From assembly GCA_965287045.1 (NCBI GenBank), contig OZ336886.1, forward strand, positions 2,976,001 to 3,040,000: a stretch of 64,000 nt of DNA, read 5' to 3'. This DNA is from Carcharhinus amblyrhynchos (taxonomy: Eukaryota). Of the stretch, positions 24,061 to 34,559 are shown piece by piece; the first letter of the stretch is position 1; every line of letters starts with the position of its first letter. Below the pieces are notes generated by a model. It searched no databases, was not told the origin of the DNA, and was given only the letters and a program-made list of their open reading frames with translations. The position numbers and the translations under genes are program-made.

Positions 24061-25235
24061 GGGGGTTGTTCATCCATCGTCATCAATGAGGACCTCGATA
24101 CCATTAGTCATTTTGAGGCTGGTTGCGGTGTGTCTGAAGATGACTGATCAGGGCCAATTCGGGCATGGAATGTCCTGGCACATATTGGACAGACTTGTGT
24201 AGACACTGTAGTTGTTGCGCTGGTGTCTCTGGACTTACACAGTGCGTGCTTAAGTTGTGCTTCAGCAATACACCTTGCTTCGTGAGCTTGACAGCCTTTG
24301 TGGATGAGGCAGCGCCAGGTAGGGCGGTTTTGTGCTAGCGTTTCCCAGGTGGTCGTGTCTATGTCAAGTGATTTCAGGGAGGCTTTGTGTGTGTCTTTGA
24401 AACGTTTCATCTGCCCTCCATATGAGCGTTTTCCAGCAGAGAGTTCCCCAAAAAGGAGCTGCTTGGATATGCGCCCGTCTGACATACGGATAACATGACC
24501 TGCCCACCGGGTCTGCGCTCTCATCAGCAGTGTGTGGACTGATGGTAGACTTGCTCTAGAGAGAACTTCAGTGTCTGGTACTTTGTCTTGCCATCTGGTG
24601 CATAATATTCTGCGAAGACAAGTCATGTGGAAATGATTGAGCTGTCTTGCATGCCTTCGATACACAGCCCATGTTTCACAGGCATACAGGAGGGTAGTGA
24701 GTACCGCGGCGCTGTAGACCTTCAGTTTTGTTGCTGGGCTGATTCCTCGACGTTCCCATACAGTGGAGCGCATTCTACCGAAAGCGGAACTTGCCTTTGC
24801 TATTCTACAGTTAACTTCTGCATCAATAGTCGCTGCTTGGGAGAGGGTGCGCTCAAGATAAGTGAACTGGTCCATTGCCTGTAGTTTCTGCCCTTTGATT
24901 GTGATTATGGGTTCTGTGTACGGTGCATGAGGAGCAGGCTGGTGCACGACTTTGGTCTTTTTAATATTGAAGGTGAGTCCAAAGTTGTCACAAGCCATGG
25001 AAAAATTGTCCATACTGACTTGCATCTCTGGCTCTGAGCCAGCATATAGAGCGCAGTCATCAGCAAAGAGGAAATCTCACAGAACAGTCTCTTTCACTTT
25101 GGTAATAGCTTGAAGTCTCCTCAGGTTGAAAAGCTTCCCATCCACTCTGTACTTGAGGCTGATTCCAGCAACACTGTCCTGGAAGGCATCATTCAGCATG
25201 GCAGTAAATGAACATCATGCTGAACGGTGTGGGTG
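24061..25235 (-). mobile_element. RTE-clade LINE, 5'-truncated, with 53-bp TSD
   Basis: GKLFNLRRL, FLFADDCAL and ORF 24108-25025 (RIAKASSAFGR, LLYACETW, RWAGHVIRM); duplication at 24008-24060 and 25236-25288. Confidence 0.9.
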
Positions 25236-25567
25236 CGAGGTGTGGTACATTGGCGAGACCATGCTGATGGTATGACAACCATGAACAGACACTACGTGAC
25301 AATTGCCAGGCAGGAGCGTTCCCTTCCATTCGGGGAACACCTCAGCAATTAAGGACATTCAGCTTCTGATCTTTGGGTAAGCCTTCTCCAAGGCGGCCTT
25401 CAAGGTAAACGACAACGCAGAGTCGCCGAGCAGAAACTGATAGTCAAGTTCCACTTGCATGAGTACAGCCTCAACCAGGGTCTTGTCACACTACATGTAA
25501 CCCTCATCATTTGGCCCAGGCTTGCAAAATCCTACTAACTGTCCTGGTTTAAGACAATTCACATCTC

Positions 25568-26722
25568 GTTTGATAAGGTGCCGCACAAAAGGTTGCACGG
25601 AGTTGGGGGTAAGGTGTTAGAGTGGACAGAGGATTGGTTATCTAATAGGAGGCAGAGAGTTGGTATCAATGGGTGCTATTCTGATTGACGGTTGGTAAGT
25701 AGTGGAGTGCCGCAGGGATCGGTGCTGGGGCCTCAGTTATTTACCATTTATATAGATGATTTGGAGGAGGGGGCTGAGTGTAGGGTGACGAAATTTGCTG
25801 ATGACACAAAGATGAGTGGAAAAGCAAATTGCGTGGAGGGTGTGGAAAGTCTGCAGAGGGATCTGGATAGGCTGAGCGAGTGGGCGAGGACTTGGCAGAT
25901 GGAGTATAATGTTAGCAAGTGTGAGGTTATCCACTTTGGCAGGAATAATAGTAGGAGGGATTACTATTTAGAGGGCGAAAAGCTGCAGCATGCTACGGTG
26001 CAGAGGGACCTGGGGGTCCTTGTGCATGAGTTTCAAAAACCCAGTATGCAGGTGCAGCAGGTGGTCAAGAAGGCGAATGGGATGCTGGCCTTTATAGCGA
26101 GGGGGATAGAATATAAAAGCAGGGAGGTCTTGCTGCAACTGTACAGGGCACTGGTGAGGCCGCAGCTGGAGTACTGTGTGCAGTTTTGGTCGCCGCACTT
26201 GCGCAAGTATATTTTGGAGGGAGTGCAGAGGGGGTTCACTAGGCTGATACCGGAGATGAGGGGGTTGGACTATGAAGAGAGACTAAATAGACTGGGTCTG
26301 TACTCGTTGGAGTTTAGAAGGATGAGGGGGGATCTTATAGAGATGTATAAGATAATGAAGGGGATGGATAGGGTGGAGGTAGAGAGATTCTTCCCGCTCA
26401 GAAAGTACAACAGGACTAGAGGGCACAGCCTCAAGATAAGGGGGGGCAGTTTAGATCAGAGTTGAGGAGAAACTTCTTCACTCAAAGGGTGGTGAATCTC
26501 TGGAATTCTCTGCCCGTTGAAGTGGTGGAGGCTACCTCGCTAAATATATTTAAGACACGGGTGGATAGGTTTTTGGTAGGCAAGGGAATTAAGGGTTATG
26601 CGGAGAAAGCGGGAAAGTGGAACTGAGCCACTTCAGATCAGCCATGATCTTATTGAATGGCGGGGCAGGCTCGAAGGGCTAGATGGCCTACTCCTGCTCC
26701 TATTTCTTATGTTCTTATGTTC
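25568..26722 (+). mobile_element. Young CR1 LINE, 5'-truncated
   Basis: 257-aa ORF with GVPQGSVLGP and FADDTK; CpG-rich; (TTCTTATG)n tail. Confidence 0.93.
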
Positions 26723-26866
26723 TTTAACCTGTGATTAAACCTCTCTCCATTCGCATTGTTTGTATCTGTAAAGACTTGATTACCTGAAAAGACTCACATT
26801 CCAACCATTATCTTGCAATTGTGTCCGTGTCTATATATACTGAGTTTGTGAAATCTACCTCTCCAC

Positions 26867-26903
26867 TCATCTGATGAAGGAGCAGTGCTCCGGAAGCTTG
26901 TGA
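26867..26903 (+). ncRNA. Minimal hammerhead ribozyme motif in the PLE pseudo-LTR (GAAA box mutated)
   Basis: UCAU-CUGAUGA-A-GGAGC-AGU-GCUCC-GGAA-GCU-U-GUGA: stem I UCAU/GUGA and a perfect 5-bp stem II. Confidence 0.65.
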
Positions 26904-28798
26904 TTCCAAACAAACCTGTTGGACTTTAAACTGGTGTGTGAGACTTCTTACTGCGCCCTTCCCAGTCCAACACAGGCATCTCCACATCATGACTAACACA
27001 TGTGACAATAATAAATCAAATCAAAATCTTTAAAAAAATTCAATCAAGTTGGTGAGACATGACCTTTTCCGTACAAAACTATTCTGCCTGTCACTAACAA
27101 GTTCATTTTCTTCCAAACGTGCCTATATCCTGTCCCTCAATATCTTCTTCAAAAGCTCCACCACTAGACATCAGGCTCACAGGCCTAACATTTCCTGGAT
27201 TATCCCCACATCCTTTCTTAAACAAGGGAAAACATTAACTATTCTCCAGTCTTCTGGAACTTTGCATGACATTGTGCTTATAGGTCAAAAGAAATTGGGG
27301 ACCATAGGCTGTTGGTGGATGAAACTAGCAATCTTACATGCAACTGTAGAAATATCTATTTGCAATTGAATCTCAGCGATACGTTGATGGAATAGAAGGC
27401 TTTGCAATGATGCCCTGCACTAGGGAGAAGCCTACCAACTGATAACTCACTTTGACATTTGCATCATTGCAAACAATGTTCTCATAACTGACAGCCCTGG
27501 CAAGCAACCTATCAGTAAGTAATCTACTGACTCCAGCATTTACTATGCACAAGTCATGACTGTGATGGAAAAGTCTCCACCTTCCTGGATGAATATACCC
27601 CACTGAAATTCAAGAAGCTCAACGCTAGGCAGGTCTAAGCCAAGCATTCATCATCTCCATCACTGGTATAACGTGCCCACAGTTTGCATGATCTACCAGT
27701 TGCACTGTAGCAAACCTGCCAAGCTTCCTTTGGAAGCGGCTTCCATACACATGGCCTCTACCACCTCGAAGGTCTCAGCTAATGTTAATCTCTCAACCAA
27801 CATTACTAAATTGGTAGATGATTGACCAATTACCTCATTGGCATTTGTGAAATTTTACAATTTTCCTGCATTACCACAGTGACGGGAACATATTTCATTA
27901 ACTGGAACCTACTGGGGTTGGCAAAGGCATTATGTTAAATGCAAGTTCATTTTTCCCTTGTGTAACTGGACACAAACAAGAGAGCTGCTCAACGGGTTCA
28001 AATGAGCCAATGGCACTATCCCATTTTTTTAAACTTAGCTTTCAACCACCCTTCAGTAGAATGTGCACTCTACTGGATGTCCACAATTTATTCAAGACGA
28101 CAGACCATGGGTCAATCTTCCATAACACAGGAACCACTCCATCTGTTTACAACAATAGCATGCCACCTCCCAGAGCGATAACACTGGAAGTGAATATCAG
28201 GAATCTGGGGCTAGATCTCAGTGCACCCAAAATAAATTCACATGATATGATTAAACATTTATTAACTGCAATGGAATTCACAAGTCATGTGTACTGATCC
28301 ACATTAGAATTAAAATACTAATTCAGGTTCTCTCCCGATTGATACTGCCAAACTGGCTGAGATTTTCCAGCACGCAGTTTCTATTTCAGATCCACAGTAT
28401 TTAGCTTTTATTTTAATGGCCAAGCTCCCATGTGACTACAGGATAATTACACATGGCATTGCATGATATAATGGTTTTAAATTGAACACTAATCCCAGAG
28501 ACACAAGAGTTAGTGTAGGTGATAAATGCACAGCCACCGTGTTTCAATCATTGCTCCTGTGTGTGAACTCTTTCTTTTTGGCAGGAGTAGCATCTGAAAT
28601 TTTGCCTGTTTCTGATATTCAACAGAGATTGAAAGACAAAACAAATTGTTAATTGCTGAACCTGTGAATATTTCCTGGGCAATAGAAAATTTATGATTTC
28701 TACCTGTTTCGCTAACATAGAAAGGAGTTGCCAATTCTTCCAGAATCATCTCTTGGGTACTGGTGAGAAATACTTTGGGGCATTGAAAAAAATGTGTT

Positions 28799-28960
28799 AA
28801 AAGCAAATTATTGCGGATGCTGGAATCTGAAACCAAAAGAGAAAATGCTGGAAAATTTGGAAGGGCTTTTACAAAGGGTCACCTGGACTCAACATCAGCT
28901 CTTTTCTCACCTTATAGATGCTGACAGACCTGCTGAGATTTTCCAGCATTTTCGCTTTTG
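28799..28960 (-). mobile_element. Foldback Penelope-like terminus, family 2
   Basis: Tail at left (aaagcaaattattgcggatgctggaatctgaaa), inverted arms, TSD gaaaaaaatgtgtt (28785-28798) and gaaaaaagtgtgtt (28961-28974). Confidence 0.7.
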
Positions 28961-29075
28961 GAAAAAAGTGTGTTTTTACATTTATTTAAACACTTTCCTT
29001 CCAATATCTCAAACCAGGCGTTCATTAGGTACGGTGTGTCATCAGCAGCATCAGAATTGCATTGCACCGTAAGAT

Positions 29076-29432
29076 GCAGCATGGTGGCAGAGTGGTTAGC
29101 ACTGCTGCCTCGCAGCTCCAGGGACCCAGGTTCAATTCCAGCTTGGGTCACTGTCTGTGTGGAATCTGTAAGTTCTGCCTGTGTCTGTATGGGTTTCCTC
29201 TGGGTGCTCTGGTTTCCTCCAACAGTCCAAAGATGTGCAGGTTAGGTGGACTGGCCACGCTAAATTCTCCCTTAGTGTTTCAAGGTGTATAGGTTAAATG
29301 GATTAGCCATGGGAAATGTGTGGGGTTATGGGAATAGGGTGGGGGAAGAGGACCTGGTACGATACTCTGCCAGAGAGTCGGTGCAGACTCGATTAGCCAA
29401 GTGGCCTCTTCGGCACTGTAGGGATTCTGTGA
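29076..29432 (+). mobile_element. HE1-type SINE
   Basis: tRNA-like head, core and tail all present. Confidence 0.85.
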
Positions 29433-30049
29433 TAAGTGGTAAACATGTGGCTTGGCATGTCCCTCACATCAAGCCAGGGGGATTGACTTTAGTTGAATGA
29501 ACATGGCATTAAGCAGCACCAGGTAGATCTAAAAACTAGGCATCATACTGGTGAAACTACAACACAAGATTTTCACATGCATGCTAAACAGAGGACATAA
29601 CATGCTATAGATAAGTTAAACATTCTCACACTCAACAGATCAAGCCTGCAGTCCTGCCACATCCAGTTGTGAACAATAATGGCAGGAGGCTAAAAATATC
29701 GACACCAGTGCACTGCCACATGTAACCATGTCCTCAGTCCAATCATCCTCATCTGCTTCATTAATGACCTTTCTCTGTCAAAAAGTCAAATGCAGCAATG
29801 CTTGCGAGTGATTTCATAATGTTAACTTCTTAAATGGCTCTTGCCAACCAATCAGCATCCTTTTTTCCTGTAATGTGAATTGTTGTGGTCCTTTGAAATT
29901 TGGCATTCTTGCATTTGTCCTCACAAAAACTATGGCAACCTGTTCTTCTTTCCAGCAACATTCAAATTCTGAACAGCCAAATGACAATGTTCAGTGCTAT
30001 TTTCAATTCCCCAGAGAATAAAGCAGTCCTTGGCCATATGCAACAAATT

Positions 30050-30510
30050 CATTTTTTATTCATTTATGGGATGTGGGTGTCACTGGTTAAGTTAGCATTT
30101 ACTGTCCATCCCTAATTGCCCCTGAGAAGATGGTGATAAGCTGACTTTTTGAACTGCCGCAATCCCTGTGGTGTAGGTATACCCAAAAAGTGCTGTTAAG
30201 GAGGGAGTTCCAGGATTTTGATCCAGTGACAGTGAAGGAACGGCGATATATTTCCAAATCAGGATGATGAGTGAGTTGGAGGGTAACCTCCAGGTCGTGG
30301 TGTTCCCAGGTATCTGCTGCTCTCGTCCTTCTAGATGGCAGTGGTCATGTGTTTGGAAGGTTCTGTCCGAGAGGCCTTGGTGAATGTCTGCAGAGCATTT
30401 TGTAGATGGTACACATGGCTGCCATTGTTTATTGGTGGTGGAGGTGTGAATGTTTGTGGAAGGGGTAGCAATCAAATCAGCTTTGTCCTGGATGGTGCCA
30501 AGCTTCTTCT
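30050..30510 (-). mobile_element. L2/CR1-group LINE 3' fragment
   Basis: KLGTIQDKADLIATPSTNIH...; homologous pieces at about 27480-27800, 32595-32820, 45200-45430 and 52615-53400. Confidence 0.6.
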
Positions 30511-30559
30511 TGTAGATGAGCAAGGAGACACCAGGGAGACCTTAGTGACCATATACACA

Positions 30560-31190
30560 AATCCTTAAAGCTGACAGGACAGGTTGGGAAGGTGGTTTAA
30601 AAGGCATATTGGTTTTGAATAGAATATAAAGAGAGATCATAAAAGTAATAGAATACAATAAGAGATCACGCTGGCATTCTATAAATCATTGGTTCGACCT
30701 GGACTATTGTAGAGAATTCTAGGCATCGTGCTTCAGGGAATATGGAAAGGCCTTAGGACATAGACAAGATTTACCAGGATGTTTACCAGGGATGAGGGAC
30801 TTCAGTTATAAGGAGATCGGAAAAGTTAGAATTGTTCTCCAAGGAGCAAAGAAGTTTAAATGATGGCCCAATTGAGGTTTCAGGTGATGAAATGTTTTGA
30901 AAGGATGGATAGAGTAAAACTTTTCTCTCTGACAAGAGGGTCAATGCCCAAAGGCAGAGAGAAATGAGGAGAATGTGTCCACTCGGAGAGTAATCAAGAT
31001 GCGGAAAGATTTGACTGAAAATGTGGTGAAAGCTGACCGTAGAAGTAATTTTAACAGGGAATTGGAGAGATATTTGAGGATAAGGAATGGGCAGGATTAT
31101 CAATAACAAAGCGGGAATATGAGGCTATAACGTGGCTGCACTTTAAACAGCAAGCATGGGCCGATGGATCAAATGGCCTCCCTCTGTGCT
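30560..31190 (+). mobile_element. Old CR1 3' fragment
   Basis: Degenerate ggttcgacctggactattgt...agatttaccaggatg...tggatcaaatggcctcc. Confidence 0.65.
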
Positions 31191-32037
31191 AGTCCTTGCA
31201 TTGGGACGTGAATGTAATCCAAAGTCATCAGAATGCTGGAATCCATGCAGAAGTGAAAACAACTGCCCATGCGATCTGCTGTTGTCAACTCTTAAGAAAA
31301 TTAACCTGCTTGCCTCATATATTTGTGTGCAGGTGACCGAGGGCTCTCAGCTCTGACAGAAACCAGGGGCAGAGATATTGGGGGCACGTTGAATGCTTTC
31401 TTGGGTGTTCCCTAACACTCCCTCTGACAGCTACACTGAAAAGTGAAGAACGATATCACCTTCAAGTCTAAGCTTCCTCTGCTGGAAGCGTATGTAATGA
31501 CAATTAAATTTAACACAACTGCGTTCCCTACACATACAAAGGGGATGCATGTTGAAATTCGGATTGTAAATCTACTGCCCAACAGCCCCACCAATTCTTA
31601 TATCTATGCTCAAGTGAGACTTTCTTGCCCCACTTCTTAAGGGTACAAGTTTTCCCATAATGTAGGAAGTCTTGCTCCATATATTTAACTGTAAACTTAG
31701 ATACTACAGTTGGATTTAGACTGCTTTTGCAATGTAATTGCAGTATTGCTGTGCGCTGTACACCTATCACCACCTCACAAATTATATCTTGAAAACCACC
31801 CTGACTTGCCTGAAGGACCGTAATCTTCCTGCATTTCTGGAAATGCTCTTTGGGAATCCCTGTTTCTGTCTGTTTCTTGTTCTGCCCTGTGATTATACAA
31901 GTGAATTCACAAGAAAGAGGGGCACAGTTTACACTGACATTTCCCCTCCCTCTGAACACTGCCATTTACAGCTCGCTTTGCTGAAGTGCTTACTCAATAA
32001 AAATGACTGTGAACCCCCACAAGCTGCAGCCACTTAC

Positions 32038-32061
32038 CTGAATCACTCATCGACCGAGGCT
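32038..32061 (-). CDS. MYPN: Myopalladin 24-nt microexon within Ig2 (phase 1 to 1)
   Basis: Pyrimidine tract ttctcttgtctcttttctgtatctag and donor gtaagt. Encodes (K)PRSMSDS(E), equivalent to the KPRSM...EE segment of the family. Confidence 0.88.
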
Positions 32062-32240
32062 CTAGATACAGAAAAGAGACAAGAGAAAATCAGTTCATTT
32101 GGAATTTCCTCATTTGGACGTTTTTCAAAAGAAGGTTTTAATAATAGTTAAGATTTTCAAACTAAAAATGTGGCCTTTGCAACATTAAATTCAGCTGAAT
32201 CTACCACAGTGCTGTGAGGAAGAGAGTTCCAGGATTCTCG

Positions 32241-32414
32241 TAGAAATCATACAAACCCTACAGTACAGAAAGAAGCTATTCAGCCCATCGAGTCTGCACT
32301 GACCACAATCCCACCCAGGCCCTACCTCCATATCTCTACATATTTACCAACTAATCCCTCTAACTTACGCACCTCAGAACACTAGTGGCATTTTTTAGCA
32401 TGGCCAATCAACCT
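32241..32414 (-). mobile_element. HE1-type SINE, 3' part
   Basis: Tail and distal core only. Confidence 0.8.
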
Positions 32415-32562
32415 AGAACTCCCAGAACTCCCACCCAACTGATGAAAGATCAGCGCTCCGAAAGCTAGTGATGTTTGCTACCAAAAAAACCTGTTGAGCT
32501 TTAACCTGGTGTTGTGAGACTTCTTACTGTGTTTACCCCAGTCCAATGCCGGCATCTCCACA
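32415..32562 (+). mobile_element. Penelope-like terminus, family 1, single arm with hammerhead motif
   Basis: CUGAUGA at 32439-32445 and GAAAGCUAGUG at 32460-32470 (stem II decayed), then arm and tail. Confidence 0.75.
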
Positions 32563-33767
32563 AAATAATATATTTCTAAATTAGGATTGGAGAGGAAGAT
32601 CCAGGTGATGGTGTTCCCATGTATCTGCTGCCCCTGTCCTTCTAGATGGTACTGGTCATAGTATTAGAAGGTGCTGCTTAAGAAACCTTGGTGAATTCCT
32701 AAGTGCATCTTGTAGATGGTACACATGACTGCCATTTGTATCAGTCCTCGAAGAATTGAATGTTTGTGGAAGGGGAGCCAATCAAGCAGGCTGCTTTCTC
32801 TTGGATGGTGTCAAGATTCTTGTTTAGCCAACTCTATCTTCATACCCTTGTGATTACTTTGATTTAAGTTTCAGACACTGATTTTAGACCAACATTTCTC
32901 ACTCTCCAACTGAATATGAAATGCTATAGAATGAATTCAATGGAATCCCATTACGATTACTCGGTTGAGTTCCAAATCCGAGTAACGGTTATTGCCCAGC
33001 AAGCATTGTTGATATGGTTGTCTCGGTGATTGTGAGCTTTGTCTGCTTGATAGTTTTATGATCATTTAACAGGATTATATTTCTTTGAAGCTGTTTTTGA
33101 ATGGCTGTTTGTAAATATTTTTTGAGTGGATTTTGTTTTTTATTTTGATGGTTTCATGAGCATTTTAAGGTCTTCCCAGTTGCATAGAGGCATATGCATA
33201 GGGGATATTGGGGAGGCATGGGGAGTATGGAGAGGGCAAGGGGAGATATGAGGGGGCATGCGCGGGATGGAGAGGACAATGGGGGCATAGAGGGTGCATG
33301 GGGGATATGAGGGGTAGGAGTATGGAGAAGGCACAGGTGAATTGAAAGAAAATGGAGGGTATGGAGGAAACATGGAAATTATGGAGTACATATAGGGGCA
33401 TGAAGAAGACATGGAGATTATAAAGAGGGCATGCATGAGGTGAAAGGGAGATGGTGAAGCGTGAGAGATGGGGGACTAATAGTCATGAATAGAACTGGGC
33501 CAGTGTCCCAACAGATGAAAGCTGGCCTTTTAATCTGTTCGCTGGGGCATCTACCCACCTCCATTCCCACCTACGTCAAAGGGCAGCAACTCCTGCCTGA
33601 CACCAACTCCCTGGGGTGGTGTGGGGGGGAAGGGGGGGTGGTGGCAGCAGGGAGGATAACATATGCCTGCAGTTTGTACAGGAGTTGGGAACGCAGTAGC
33701 AGGAAATGGACTGACTCATGATTCCCGACTGTAACATAAAAATCCAGTTCAATGCCTCTATTTAGAA

Positions 33768-33907
33768 AGTAAGAAGTCTGACAACACCAGGTTTAAGTCC
33801 AACTGATTTATTTGATCATTGATCATTAAGTTGGACTTAAACCTGGTGTTGTCAGACTTCTTACTGTGTTTACCCCAGTCCAACGCTGGCATCTCCACAT
33901 CATGACT
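33768..33907 (+). mobile_element. Ultra-short foldback Penelope-like insertion, family 1
   Basis: Perfect 37-bp inverted arms at 33768-33804 and 33829-33865, tail, TSD TCTATTTAGAAAG at 33757-33769 and 33908-33920. Confidence 0.88.
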
Positions 33908-34559
33908 TCTATTTAGAAAGCCAAGGGATGCAGTGCACTTCAACAGAATCTCACTCGTCCTCCAAGGAATTGTGTGCGTACTCTCCCATGATTCCTTCTT
34001 TCTGCCCTCCCTTTAAAATTGTCCCATCTGCTTTGTTTTGTGTCTCCTTATTCTTCATAGCAAAATGAATCAGTTTCTCTGTTAAATTTCATCTGATAGA
34101 ACCATAGCATCCCCACAGTGCAGAAGGAAGCCATTTGGTGCATCGCGTCTGCACAAACTCTCGACACAGCATCTTACCCAGGCCCACACTGTACCCTGAA
34201 ACCCTGCATCTGTCTATTTCACCATTCCATTTCCTCCTGAAGTCCATTACTTCCCTTGTCAATGTTTACTACAGTTTTGTGTGTCTCTTTAAACGTTAAA
34301 AAGTTGTATTGCATATCTAAAACTATGTGATAGAGATTAAAAGAACAATGATTATAATCTGTATTATAATGTGAGACATTACTGTATACTTCCCTCTGAT
34401 CTGGAAAACCACAAATCACCACCTTTTCTGCTTTTTTATCTCTAAGTCGATTTCATACCAGGCAGCACTGATCCTTCAATCCTGAGGTACTTCATTATTC
34501 TCCTTCTGAAAAACCATATCTACCACTCTTCCTCAAAGGTGTATATCACAAAAACCCAG

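Larger units (their letters stand above)
23806..26995 (+). mobile_element. Penelope-like element (Neptune-type) 3' part, split into 23806-24060, 25236-25567 and 26723-26995
   Basis: CHGNLCKTC Cys-rich linker, NVVYLI...WYIGET GIY-YIG motif (frameshifted), RVAEQKLI...SLN C-terminus, UTR, hammerhead motif and tail. Confidence 0.85.

Noticed and set aside
33768-33907. MITE or DNA-transposon interpretation of the foldback elements
   Set aside because: Asymmetric tail outside one arm, variable 10-13 bp TSDs, variable inversion points, and continuity of the same terminus with a GIY-YIG ORF at 14578-15000 and 23806-26995.
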